Part shown: piece by piece, positions 20,701 through 32,603 of the stretch | How the letters are laid out: every line of letters begins with the position of its first letter | Numbering within the stretch: the first letter of the stretch is position 1 | NCBI RefSeq assembly: GCF_001447785.1 | Contig: NW_015166535.1 | Span: 1-41,961 of the forward strand | Source of the DNA: Gekko japonicus | Taxonomy: Eukaryota | DNA length: 41,961 bases | Direction of reading: 5' to 3' | Position numbers and translations under genes: made by a program | Notes under the pieces: model-generated | The model's input: only the letters and a program-made list of their open reading frames with translations | Told to the model about the DNA's origin: nothing | Databases searched by the model: none

Positions 20701-20965
20701 CTATCACTCTCCTTACAATACTGCAGCCACACTAAACATTTAAAGAAACACACACACCACAAATGGAATCATTACAAGGTGATCCCTAAGATTCCTCTAC
20801 CTGGTTTGCTATCCAAGTAATAATTTATGCGGCGCTTACAATTTGGCAACACAGTGACCAGTATTTCCATTTGGCAGATGCTGACTGAAAACTCTGGTTC
20901 AGCCAAGGCCACACAGCAGCAACATCTCCATTCATGAGCATCTTTCCACCGCATGCCTTTGGGAG

Positions 20966-21172
20966 ATGTTGACCATCAGCTTCAACGACAGCGCTGTGAA
21001 TCACCAGACCTTTGTCCTCATTGGCATTCCTGGCATGCGAGAGAGAAGCTCTTGGGTGGCCTTCCCTCTCTGCGTGCTCTATGTCTTGACTCTCTTTGGA
21101 AACCTTGTGATCCTCTTTGTCGTCAAGACCGAGCAAAGCCTCCACGAGCCAATGTACCTCTTCCTCCCCTGA
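20966..21172 (+). pseudogene. truncated class I OR pseudogene, close paralog of 11371-12318
   Basis: FNDSAVNHQTFVLIGIPGM...LHEPMYLFL then P-stop; no remaining OR sequence seen downstream. Confidence 0.92.
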
Positions 21173-21868
21173 GTAGACAGTGCTATGGTTGCCATCTTTG
21201 GGTTGGGAAATACCTGGAGATTTGGGGGGGTGGAGCTTGGGGAGTGTGGGGTTTGGGGAGGGGATGGACCTCAGGAGGGAACAATGCCACACAATCCATA
21301 CTCCAAAGCAGGGCCCCCCCCAGGGAGCTGAGCTCTGCAGTCCATAATACCGGGAGAACTCCAGGCCCCCCCCCAAAAGGATAGCAGACCTAGACAATAC
21401 CTGACCTTGGGGGAGCAAGGGACTGATTCAGTACATGGCGACTTCACGTGTTGATGATTTCACAAGGATAAGGAGGAGGCAGGGAGGGCAAAGTTGCAAG
21501 CCACTTGGGGTTCCCACTGGAGAACGAGTGGGGTAGAAACACCTAAAATTAAATAAAACAAGTGTGTTTCTTTCTGTCCTGCCCTGATGTGCATATTGCA
21601 CATCTCTCCTCGAAAGTGTGTGTGCTTCAGAAAGATCCTCCCTCCTATTTCCTATCAGAATTACACCAGTTCTCTCAACCCCGGAAACTTGGCCTCCCGT
21701 GCCCCTCATTCCCTCATGCCTTATCGCTGGGGGGCACTGCAGCTTTGAAGAATGTGTCGTTCACACACCTCCAGTCAGGCACTCCTATCTGGGCCCAGGG
21801 GCTGGCTCTTCCCGAGAAGTGGGAAGGACCTCAAGTCAGCCTTGGGACCCAGCGCTGCCCTTGGCATA

Positions 21869-22971
21869 TGTAACCTTGGCTTGTAACTGCACTGTCTGTA
21901 CTGTGCTGGTGCTATGTCTGTCAATTGTCTATACATCTGTGCTTGTGGGATAAGGGGATTGCTTTGTGGTTGTATGGCTTGCTTGCATCTCATGCCTGCG
22001 TTTGGATGAGCAAGGCTTGTGCCACAGGACACGTGCTTCCCTGCACTTTCCCAGCGTACCTCTGGACAAAGGAGACAAACGCCATTGTTGCTCAGTTGGA
22101 AACTTGGCAGAACAACGGGTTTCCCCACCATTGCTGAACTGTGGGAAACCACGTAACCCGCCCTGCTATCTGGTTTGGCATCACAAAGAAGACTTCCTTT
22201 ATTGCCTCTGGAGCAGGCACATCTCTGCAAGTCAAAGGTTGCCAATGGAAACAACGGTTTCACACCTGGCCACATGGCTCTCTTTGAAGTTAGGGTAGAG
22301 CACCTGCATATTGCCCCCTTCCCCTCGATTAGGACGTCACAACTCTTTAACCTATAGCCATAGTAAAGAGGACGGACCCTAAGGGTTTATTGGCCTTAAG
22401 CCAACCCCAAAACAAGCTTTTAAAAAGAGAGACACAGCCTTTGTTTCTCTGGTTAACCCACCCCTCCCTTACCTTGCAACCTAAGTGCTGCAGGTGATTC
22501 TTACTGCGTTCTCAGGAGTCGCGACCTGAGAACCTGCACGTGGCTTGGCCGGACCAGTCCGTGTGTTTTTAGAGTCTACCCGCTGATACTTAGGCTGCCC
22601 CATTCCTGCTACGAGGAGATTTCTTCTCAGCTTGGACCTCAGATAAGTATAAGCGATATCCTGCTATGTTATCCCCCTTGTCTGTTGAATTTGTTATTTT
22701 TCCATGCTGATTGCTTTCTATATACTATTGTAACTAAGGAACTTGTGTGAATCTGCGTGTGCATCTGTTTTTCGTATGAAAGAAAACTGCTTAGTAAAAG
22801 GCAACATTTACTCATTAAACCTAGTGTGTTGTCTCACTTCCTGGGAAATAGGAGCGTTCGTTGACCAATCTGCCCTCTGTATACACGGGAAAATTACTCA
22901 CGCCACGCCCACTGTCGTACATAAGTCTGAGTTGGACATTCGGAACCGTCCTTAGAGGAGGTCCGGTATCA
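21869..22971 (+). mobile_element. solo LTR, about 1.1 kb
   Basis: TGTAAC...GTATCA termini; 4-bp TSD CATA at 21865-21868 and 22972-22975; polyA-like AGTAAA near 22793; absent from the paralogous block at 15895-16600. Confidence 0.8.
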
Positions 22972-23555
22972 CATAGGAACTAATCTCTCCCGTAGCTCAC
23001 GTGGAGAATCAGGAGTTGATCCCACCATTGTGCGTTTCCTGCCTCCCCAGCTGGCTGAGCATCCCTCGACTGCAGCATCTCTCCGGGGTCCCCAGTTTAT
23101 AAATCCTCCTCCCCGCCAGCTCCATCAGCCGAGGCAGCCCCCCGGTGCTTCCTCCAGAGTGTGGTGTGCGCATCTTCAAGGGAGTAGAAATTTACAGGCC
23201 ACAGACAACACAGTCTTCTCTGAGCTGCCTGGAATGGAGGGGGACAAAGAAGGGGGGGAACGGGGGTCTTGCCCTGGGCTATAGGACAGCCTTTTATTTT
23301 GGTCCATGAATGAAGCATCAGCATTGTTTCTGAATGGGAACCTATGTCTGGGCTCCTTTGTCTCTCCAAGGTGAGTCTGGGAGCTTCAAGAACCGATGGT
23401 TGCATCTCACTTGTCTGTGAGCCTGCTAAAGGTCGAAGCATGCCCCTTCTGAGGCCAGAACTCCAGGCGCTTCTTGCACGAGATTCTCGGATGGGATGTG
23501 CAGAACCTGCCATGGCTGGCTTGTTTTTCCTTCCCCCGGTATATTTGGGGCATCT

Positions 23556-23704
23556 CCCCTCCCTGAGAGGCAAACAGGGCAGCGCTTTCACGAAAACTCA
23601 AAGGCAATAAGAAGCACCGGCAGAGTCTCCCTTGCAGAGTCTCCCTCTTCAGTCGGGGAAACCGAGTCAGCTTCACGGCCTACAGGGCTGCAAATCAGGT
23701 AAGC
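23556..23704 (+). promoter_or_regulatory. orphan paralog of the putative OR #2 promoter/first exon
   Basis: Collinear similarity to 6838-6990 ending in CAG|GTAAGC at 23699; no OR coding sequence follows. Confidence 0.5.
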
Positions 23705-23865
23705 AGGAGAAGCTGTTTGAGGTATCAAGGAGACGTATATTTTCGGCTTCTTGGACTGACTTTGGGACCATGCGAAATTCCGACCTAGACAGGATTCTTC
23801 ATCAGCCAGAATGCAATAAAGAAGACAAAGTATTTGCAGTCTGGGTGGGAGGGAATTAGATAAGC

Positions 23866-24106
23866 ATCTGGAGCAGAGGTCCATCAGTGGCTATTAGCCA
23901 CAAGGTATAGATAGGGGCTCTGGGGCAAGGGATGCTCTGTATTCTTGGTGCTTGGGGGGGGCAACAGTGGGAGGGCTCCTAGTGTCCTGGCCCCACTGCT
24001 GGACCTCCTGATGGCACCTGGTATTTCTGGCCACTGTCTGACAGACAGAGTGTTGGACTGGATGGGCCTTTGGCCTGATCCAACATTGGCGTCTCTTATG
24101 TTCTTA
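23866..24106 (+). mobile_element. CR1 3' end (target of Helitron copy 2)
   Basis: Matches 27630-27878; the (cttatgtt)n tail resumes at 26170. Confidence 0.8.
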
Positions 24107-26169
24107 CTAGCAGTAAAGCCCGTTGTGGAAATAAATACAACGAGATCTAGAAAGAGGCTCTGGGGGAGTGGTCTGGCTTTGGGCAAACAGTGTCATTTTG
24201 CTGTGGTGACCTCAGCAGGGTATAATGACAGAGTCCACTGTTTTCTCCAGAGGAACTGATCTCTGCTCCCTGAAGAGCAGTTGTAATTTTGAGTGATCTG
24301 TAGCCCTCACCTGGAGATTGGCAACAATTGTTACCCAGGATGAAATGGCTGGTTTGGAGGGTGGAGTCTATGGCATTCTACCTGTCTGAGGTCCCACCCC
24401 TCCGCAAACCCCACCCTCTCCAGGCTCCACCCCTCAAATCCCCAGGAATTTGCCAGCCTGGAGTTGGCAACCCCATCTCCTTCCCAGCTAACCATCAACC
24501 TACCATTATCTGCCCCTTTGACTTCAGCTGACTTCCGCCCTCCCTTCTGCAGAGCAATTGTAATTTTGAGTGGTCTCCAGCCCTCACCTGGAGATTGGCA
24601 ACAATGGTTCCCCATGAGGGACTGAGTGGTTTGGAGGGTGGAGTCTATGGCATTGTACCTGTCTGAGGTCCCACCCCTCCTCAAACCTCACCCTCTTCAG
24701 GCTCCATCCCTCAAATCTCCAGGAATTTCCCATCGGGAGTTGGCAACCCTATCAGGATTGGCCCCAATATGTTTTCTCCCAAAGGCCAAAGTAGGTGACT
24801 GGACCAAACTAAGTTGCCTACCATCAGGCACTGAGGGGAAAGTAGGGTTGCCAGCTATAAGGAGGGAAATACCTGGAGTGTTGGGGGGTAGATTCTGTAG
24901 AGGGCAGCATTGGGGGGGGGCGGAAGGACTCAGCAGGTATAATGTCATAGGGTCTACCCTCCAAAGCAGCCATTTTCTCCAGGGGAAACTGATCTCTGTC
25001 ATCTGGAAATCAATTGTAGCAGTGGGAGATCTCCAGGTCCCACCTGGAGATTGGCAACCCTAGGGGAAAGTCTGCTGCACAGCAGGGGCTTGAAGAGAAT
25101 GGTTTGATGGCTGCTGGGCCAAGATTGGCAACAATAGTTCCCCAGGAGCAAATAGCTGGGTTGGAGGGTGGAGTCTATGGCACTGTAACCTGTCTGAGGT
25201 CCCCCTCTCCGGCCTCCACTCCTCAAATCTCCAGGAATTTCCATACCTAAAGCTGGCAACTTTATTTCCTCCCCTCTCAGTAGCCTCTTATTTTGCCTTA
25301 AATTGGTTTTGATGTCAGCAGAGTGAGAAAATGCCAGAGGCTCTGGGTGGGTGCCCCATCGTAAATGCACCAAACAATTCCTAAAGATTTGCCAAAACAC
25401 TACTCTGTCAATAAATTGCAGCACTTTGAAGTAGCACCAGAGCTTTAAGAGCTCTCCAGCTGTCACCTGGAGACTGGCAACAGCTTGTTTGGAGGGTGGG
25501 GAGTATGGCATTGTATCTGTCTGAGGTCCTCCTCTTCCTCTTCCTCCTCCTCAGACCCCACCCTCAGCAGGCTTCATTCCTAAAATATCCTGGAATTTTC
25601 CAACCTGGAGTTGGCAACCCTATGTCCTTTCCAGGCAACCATCAGCCTAACCTTTATCTGCCTGTCTGTCTTCAAGTTTACTTCCACCCCCCCCAGCCTC
25701 CACCTAGGGAAAGCAGCTGTCATCATTCTCCTCTCCCCCTATGAGGTATGTTAAGGTTGAAAGTGTGTGAATGGTCCATAATCCCCCAGGCAGCTTTTAA
25801 AACATGATCCTGGGACCTACACAACCCCAGACATTCCAACTGCCTTGCGGGGGGGGGGGGGGTGAGTATGAGGTGTGGAATGGAGTGAAGTCCAATCAGC
25901 TTCCATATGCAAAAGACCTTGAAGGTTCCATATGCAACTGACATTCCAACTGCCTTGTGGGGAGGGGGTGAGTTTGAGGTGTGGAATGCAGTGAAGTCCA
26001 ATCAGCTTCCATATGCAAAAGACCTTGAAACGCTGGGCGGGACTGCACAAAGCAGCCAGTCAACCCAGCCAGTGTCTTCTGACTGACAGTTCAAGTGTCC
26101 ATACACTAAAGGGGCCAAATTTAGAATGTTCATATAGAATGTTCTTACTCAATTATATATAAGGAGAGA
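24107..26169 (-). mobile_element. non-autonomous Helitron, copy 2
   Basis: Minus-strand TC start at 26169, CTAG end at 24107, hairpin at 24119-24145; removing it restores TTCTTA|TGTTCTT with no TSD. Confidence 0.85.
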
Positions 26170-26997
26170 TGTTCTTCTTCTTCTTCTTTTGCAAATTGAG
26201 ATTTTTTCAGCTGGTCCAGCAGGGGGCGCAAGGCTTCAGAAATTGTACCAGCTATGTCTGTGGTATTTCCTGGTCTTGTGATCAGTGATGCTGTACTGGT
26301 ATTCCCTGCTGTTGTTTGGCTCTGGACATTTCCCCCCCCCCCCCCCATGCTGCGACATTGTTTATATTAAGGTAAAAGTTTTTTAAAAGTTCTTAGGTTC
26401 CTCTATGCGGTATATAGTGAAGCCCACTGTGCTCAGGTTAAATTGGGTGGGTTTCTAACAGCAGAGTTTCTACTTATCTTCTTGTTTCAGTATTTTACAG
26501 GCTGATTTATCCAGGGTACGGTTTCCCCTCCCGCTCCGAGAGGTTTCTCTTTCTGGCTGTGGAGCTTTGCCGTCTTGCTGCCGCTTCCCACCTCCGCTTT
26601 TTGCACTTGTCTTTTCTTTTGAAACTTCTTTGTTTACGTTTTTCTGCTGAATAGTTTCAGATGCGGGGAGTCTCTTTGATCTAGGTCCTTGTACGCTCTG
26701 GTCTGGTAATGGCTCTTGTCGCCATTGCTGGCTTTGGGCTGGCAGGACCTTAAGGAGCTAAAAAGATTCTTTTACATGCCAAGCAGATGTTCTACCTCTG
26801 AGCCACAGATCTTATTTGAGAATATGAGAGAATGTAGAATATTGCCTGGGTGGTTAGAAGATTCTGGCAGCATCTAGCAGAGGTGAAATCAATGCTATTA
26901 CACATAGCATGATTACTATTAGAAGTCATGGCGAACCTGCATTTGTGACTTTGGCCTTTGAGCAGAGAGAGTGTGGACCTGGAACATGGTGGTAGAA

Positions 26998-27962
26998 AGT
27001 ACCGTCAAGTCACTGCAGTCAAGGCAAGAGATTTTTAGAGGTGGTTTGCCATTGGCTGCCTCCTTGTCTCTGGTATTCGTTGGAGGTCTCCCATCACTGA
27101 AAATGTCGAGACAGTGTGTGACTGCAATAAAGTAGGCCAATGCTATGCTGGGGATTATTAGGAAGGGAATTGAAAACAGACCAGCCAATATCATAATGCC
27201 CCTTTATAAATCAATGGTGCTACCTCATTTGGAGTACTGTGTGCAGTTCTGGTCACCACACCTTAAAAAGGATATTATAGCTTTGGAAAAAGTGCAGAAA
27301 AGGGCAACTCGAATGATAAAAGGGTTGGAACCCTTTCCCTATGAGGAAAGGTTAAGGCGCTTAGGGCTCTTTAGCTTGGAGAAACGACGACTGAGGGGTG
27401 ACATGATCGAGGTTTATAAGATTATGCATGGGAAAGAGCAGGTAGAGAAAGAGGTGCTTTTCTCCCTTTCTCACAAGACAAGAACTCCTTGTGGGCACTC
27501 CATGAAACTGCTGAGCAGTCGGGTTAGAATGAATAAAAGGAAGTCCTTCACTCAGAGTGATGAACACATGGAATTCACTGCCACAGGAGGTGGTGGCGGC
27601 TACAAGCATGGACGGCTTCAAGTGGGGATTAGATAAACATGTGGAGCAGAGGTCCATCAGTGGCTATTAGCCACAAGGTATAGATAGGGACTGGGGAGAG
27701 GGATGCTCTGTATTCTTGGTGCTTGGGGGGGGCAACAGTGGGAGGCCTTCTAGTGTCCTGACCCCACTGCTGGACCTCCTGAGGGCACCTGGTATTTTTG
27801 GCTACTGTGTGACACAGAGTGTTGGACTGGATGGGCCATCGGCCTGATCCAACATGGGCTTCTCTTATGTCCTTATGTCCATCCAAATACTAGCCAGGGA
27901 CAACCCTGCTTAATGTCTGAAGTCTACAAGACCTGTTTAGCCTGGGCCACCCAGGCCAGGGC
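26998..27962 (-). mobile_element. 5S-derived SINE split by a nested CR1
   Basis: ggaggtctcccatc...ccatccaaatacta.ccaggg...ccctgctta is the reverse complement of the 5S-like head. Confidence 0.7.
27096..27878 (+). mobile_element. 5'-truncated CR1 LINE
   Basis: PLYKSMV.PHLEYCVQFWSPHLKKDI..LEKVQKRATRMI..YEERL..LGLFSLEKRRLRGDMIEVYKI; CCATC duplicated at 27091-27095 and 27879-27883. Confidence 0.92.
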
Positions 27963-28131
27963 TGAACTGGATCATGCTACATGTAATCTAAGCCTGTGTT
28001 TTGCCGAAGTCTCTCTCCCCTCCCCCGGTTTAACATGCATATCTGAATCACTCTGGCTGCTTCCACAAGGGGCTGTGTGAAGAATACCCACACCACAACA
28101 GCCGCAAGCAGGGCGGGAATGGGTGTCCCCT

Positions 28132-28453
28132 AAAAAGGTAAAGTTAAAGGTTCCCTTGCTCGAAAGCCAGTCGAGTCCAACTCTAGGGTGGCGGTGCTCA
28201 TCTCCGTTTCAAAGCCGAAGAGCCAGCGCTGTCCGAAGACGTTTCCGTGGTCATGTGGCCGGCATGACTAAACACCAAGGCGCACGGAACACTGTTCCCT
28301 TCCCACTGAAGTGGTACCTATTTATCGTCTTGCAATTTCTTGCTAGGTTGGCAGGAGCTGGAACTAGAGACGGGAGCTCACTCCGTCATGCGGCACACTC
28401 GGGTCTCGAACTGCTGAACTACCGACCTTCCACAGCCTGCAGTTCAGCGTCTT
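28132..28453 (-). mobile_element. Sauria SINE
   Basis: (ACCTTT)-like tail on the minus strand; gtggtcatgtggccggcatgac core; gctaggttggcaggagctgg. Confidence 0.88.
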
Positions 28454-28710
28454 GAGCTGCATAAAAGGCGTGTGCTCTGTTGCTGAGATTATTAACAGGA
28501 TTGTAGATTAACCCGGACTTCAGTCCCTATGAACTTACTCTAGAGAGTTCTGGTTATCAGTTCAGAATGATTCCATAGTCCTCCTGGGCTACCGTGAACT
28601 GGCAGAAAGCCCAGCATCACTCAGCAGATCTCTCAGAATACCGATTCTCTTGCCCAGTGTGCATTTTCTCGTCATGTAAACTGGTGTCAGAACTGTCTAT
28701 GCAACACAAC

Positions 28711-29140
28711 CAAAGGTCCCTCTGAGCTGTGGAGTCTTGTGAGCAAAAATGTCACTTTGTGAGCTACGGGCATTAAAGTGGTGAGCGAGAGATTGCATCA
28801 ATTAGTTCGCCCTGGAGCCCCATCCTTCCTGAGCGAAGACAAAAAAGTGTGTGAGCTGGAGGCTAAAAAACTGTGAGCTAGCTCGCACTAACGGCACACT
28901 AAAAAGAGGTGCAGGAGCTCATTAGCATAACTCATTAGCATAACTCATTTGCATATGCCACACCCCCTGGCATCACCGGAAGTGTGTCAGAAGGCAGAAC
29001 CCACCGCTCAGGCTCCACTGGACTGTTTTGGATTGCTAGCTATTGGGGGGGGGGGAACATGTAGATCTGCCCTCACAGAGGAGGGAGAGCTTGTACCTGA
29101 ATAAAACTTGGTCTTAAAGGTGCCACTGGACTGTTTTGGA
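28711..29140. mobile_element. MITE family A fragment fused to an octamer/CTCATTAGCATA-bearing hAT-like fragment
   Basis: 28711-28890 matches 30428-30633; 28901-29140 is an inverted copy of about 30830-31062. Confidence 0.7.
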
Positions 29141-29659
29141 CCAGGGGTGGGGGGGGGCTCCATGACCCCTGGCCTTTGCTTTCCCCTCTAAAAGCCAGAA
29201 CGGGTTGAACTGCTTCCTCCTGAGTTACAACACTGTTTCATCAAGTCCAGCTTTTGTTACTGCCCCTGGAAGAAGCTCTCCATTATGGCAGCCAGACAAC
29301 TTTCCCAGTTGTATCAATTTAAATACCTTTAACTAGAGATGCTAGGATGTGTTTCTGGGGTTCCCAGCTTGTATAATGTGGATGTGTGTGAAAAGAGGGG
29401 GTGGGGTGGGTCAAATCCTGTTCTCCATGCCCTGACACAAAGCGTTCGGCAATTGCCACAGGACCCAAAGCCACCTGCAAGCACAGGGACTATTCAGGCA
29501 GTTTGTAAGCTCACCATCCTGCTGGTGTATCGATCACTTTCCCATCCTGCCTTTCCTCAAATACATAAATTCAGCAGGAGTATGTATGAAGAGATTATAA
29601 ATATGACCTCGTATCTGCACTGTGTTAGGTCATATCATCGGCACAAGAAAGCCTTTCCC

Positions 29660-29890
29660 TTTATGGATTAATCATTTTGATGGCTATACTGTAAGTGAAA
29701 AGTCATGTAAAGTCAGAGTAGACTCCAGCGCGTGCGCCCCCCTCCTGTTTGCACTGGAGAGTTTTATCTTCCCGACTGGCTGCCCTCATTTTATAAGGTG
29801 GAGCTCTAGAGCTATATAAGTCAGAGGCATTCCCACTCAGCTTTTTGCCACAGGAGAACTTCTACGTATCCAGGAATTCCAGAGGTTAGT
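29660..29890 (+). promoter_or_regulatory. putative GSTA promoter and non-coding exon 1
   Basis: HNF1-like GATTAATCATT at 29666, XRE core GCGTG at 29730, TATATAAG at 29813-29820, donor GAG|GTTAGT at 29885; alpha GST genes have a short non-coding exon 1. Confidence 0.6.
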
Positions 29891-30427
29891 ACTCCGGGTT
29901 AGAAAACATATTCAGCCGTCCATAGCTGCTGGCCTCATCCTTGAGAGAGGACAAGTGGTAGGGACCGAGCCCTAGGACCCCGGCTGAGATCCAGACAGAA
30001 TATTTCCCCCCTCTCCCTTCCCTCCTGAATATTTGATGGGCAAAGTTATGCTTGAACAGGCAGTCCAGGGCTCATTTCCTGCAGGAGCGCACAGGAGCAA
30101 AGCTCCAGCAGTAAGGAGCCCAGGGGACGGGCACCTGCAACAAGCCCCGCCCCCTCCTCCCAGCAGTCCCCCCTCACCTTTCCCAGCCTGCTGGCCAACC
30201 CAGCAGAGCCCTGCCGCAGGCTGGCCCTTGAGCTGCTCCGCCACTGCCTGGGTTGGGGCACTCAGCCTGCCCACGCTCTGCCCGTCTTCATGCCGGCCAA
30301 GGCACAGCACTTCTGTAAGGCGGGCCCCGGCAACTCCTGCGAGGCCTGCGAGGAGCTCTGCCCAGGCGTCCTGCGCCTACTCGGCCTCCTCCTGCGCCTC
30401 TGCCCCGCCACCGCCCTGGCCCCCTAC

Positions 30428-30633
30428 CAATGTTCCCTCTAAGCTGTGGAGTCTTGTGAGCAAAAATGCTACTTTGTGAGCTACTGGCATTGAAGTCATG
30501 AGCAAGTGATTGAGCTACTGCATAAATTCGTTTGCTCTGGAGCCATCCTTCCTGAGCCAAGACAAAAATGTGTGAGCTGGATACTAAAAAACTGTGAGCT
30601 AGCTCATATGAACTCAACTTAGAGGGAACACTG
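30428..30633. mobile_element. hAT MITE family A, intact
   Basis: TIRs CAATGTTCCCTCTAAG / CTTAGAGGGAACACTG; perfect 8-bp TSD CCCCCTAC. Confidence 0.9.
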
Positions 30634-31344
30634 CCCCCTACCTGCTCGAGGCCATGCACGTCCTCCGCGCCACCCTCCTCGACCCATGAGCAGCCACACA
30701 CTTTCCTGCGCTTGCTGGCCATCCAAAAGAGTCCAGTGGCACCTTTAAGACCAAGGTTTGTTCAGGTACCAGCTCTCCCTCCTCTGTGAGGGCAGATCTG
30801 CACGTCCCCCCCCCCCCAGATAGCAAGCAAACCAAAACAGTCCAGTGGCACCTTTAAGACCAAGTTTTATTCAGGTACCAGCTCTCCCTCCTCAGTGAGG
30901 ACAGATCTGTATGTCCCCCCCCCCAATAGCTAGCAATCCAAAACAGTCCAGTGGAGCCTGAGTGTTGCCTTCTGATACACTTCCGGTGATGTCAGGGGTG
31001 TGTGGCATATGCAAATGAGTTGTGCTAATGAGTTATGCTAATGAGCTCCTGCACCTCTTTTTTCCCATGAAATGACCCCTACACATGCTTACACAGCTGT
31101 ACGTTTCCCCCCTTTTAACTACAGAGCCCAAGGCAAGGAAAGGGTCAAGCAAGTTGGAGCTCTGAAAAGCTATGTTTTTTAAAAAAAAATGCACACAGAC
31201 AATAATCTCTTGCTTACCGCCACCAAAGAAGAGAAACATGCCAGAAAGGTTGCACAGCGTTGCTTGCAGTGAGGTTCTTCACCTATTTTGCCTTTTTACA
31301 AATGAGCTCTTCTGACCTGAACAGGAACCCAGGAGTGTGCAGCC

Positions 31345-31431
31345 ATGGCCAGTAAACCCAGACTCCATTACTTCAGTGGAAGAGGCCGCATGGAGAGCAT
31401 TCGGTGGTTATTGGCAGCAGCTGGGGTTGAG
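31345..31431 (+). CDS. GSTA: alpha-class glutathione S-transferase, first coding exon
   Basis: [29 protein letters not shown] with catalytic Tyr9 and Arg15; acceptor AG ends at 31324, donor GT at 31432; 87 coding nt as in GSTA genes. Confidence 0.95.
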
Positions 31432-31759
31432 GTTGGTTTTCATCGCTTGGAAAAACGGCTGTTGCTTTTTGTTATTTCTACCGCTTGGAGAACTGTTGAC
31501 GACAACTGCATTTATTCAGGAGCCTACCTGGCAGGGAGTGGCTGAAATGAGAGCAGATTGAAGGTGACAGTGTAAGTTTAGGGCTGGGGATGCTGGAACT
31601 ACAATCCCCACGTTGCCATGACCATGACGAGTAACCAAAGGACAGTCATTCTATTTCAGCCTAACCTGTCTCACAAAATCATTGCGGGATGAAATTGGGG
31701 AGGAGGCTTCATATGCTGCTCTGAACTCCCCAGAGAAAGGAAAGGATACAAATGTTGAG

Positions 31760-32315
31760 ACAGAAAAGGCCAATGCTATGCTGGGGATTATTAGGAAGGG
31801 TATTGAAAACAGATCAGCCAGTATCATAATGCCCCCGTATAAATCGGTGGTGCGACCTCATTTGGAGTACTGTGTACAATTCTGGTCGCCACAACTTAAA
31901 AAGGATATTGTAGCTTTGAAAAAAAGTGCAGAAAAGGGCAACTAGAATGATCAAAGGGTTGGAGAACTTTCCCTATGAGGAAAGGTTGAGGCGCTAGGGC
32001 TCTTTAGCTTGGAGAAATGACGGCTGAGGGGAGGCATGATCGAGGTTTATAAGATTATGCATGGGAAAGAGCAGGTAGAGAAAGAGGTACTTTTCTCCCT
32101 TTCTCACAATACAAGAACCCGTGGACACTCCATGAAGCTGCAGAGCGGTCGGGTTAGAACGGATAAAAGGAAGTACTTCTTCACCCAAAGAGTGATTAAC
32201 ACATGGAATTCACTGCCACAGGAAGTGGCGGCGGCTACAAGCATGGACGGCTTCAAGAGGGAATTAGATAAGCATATGGAACAGAGGTCCACCAGTGGCT
32301 ATTAGCCACAAGGTA
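31760..32315 (+). mobile_element. CR1 LINE fragment (frameshifted) in a GSTA intron
   Basis: Same family as 27096-27878. Confidence 0.9.
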
Positions 32316-32317
32316 TT

Positions 32318-32603
32318 GGAGCCAGTTTGGTGTAGTGGTTAAGTGCACGGACTCTAAACTTGGGAGAACCGGGTTTGATTCCCCACTCCTCCACTTGCAC
32401 CCGGCTGGATGACCTTGGGCAAGCCATAGTTCTAATAAGAGCTGTGCTTGAAAAAGAGCCATTTCTGTCAAGAGCTCTCTCAGCCCCACCCGCCTCACAG
32501 GGTGTCTGTTGTGGGGAGGGGAAGGGAAAGGAGTTTGTGAGCCGCTCTGAGACACCTTTGGGTAGTGAAGGGCGGGGTATAAATCCAATCTCTTCTTCTT
32601 CTT
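32318..32603 (+). mobile_element. Squam2-like SINE, full length
   Basis: A-box TGGTGTAGTGG, B-box GGTTTGATTCC, (TCT)n tail. Confidence 0.85.

Noticed and set aside
9365-26169. Inverted segmental duplication
   Set aside because: Homology stops exactly at the TC and CTAG termini and the flanks are unrelated CR1 tails, so two Helitron insertions explain it better.
29433-29443. Antioxidant response element upstream of GSTA
   Set aside because: TGACACAAAGC has the wrong spacing for TGACnnnGC.
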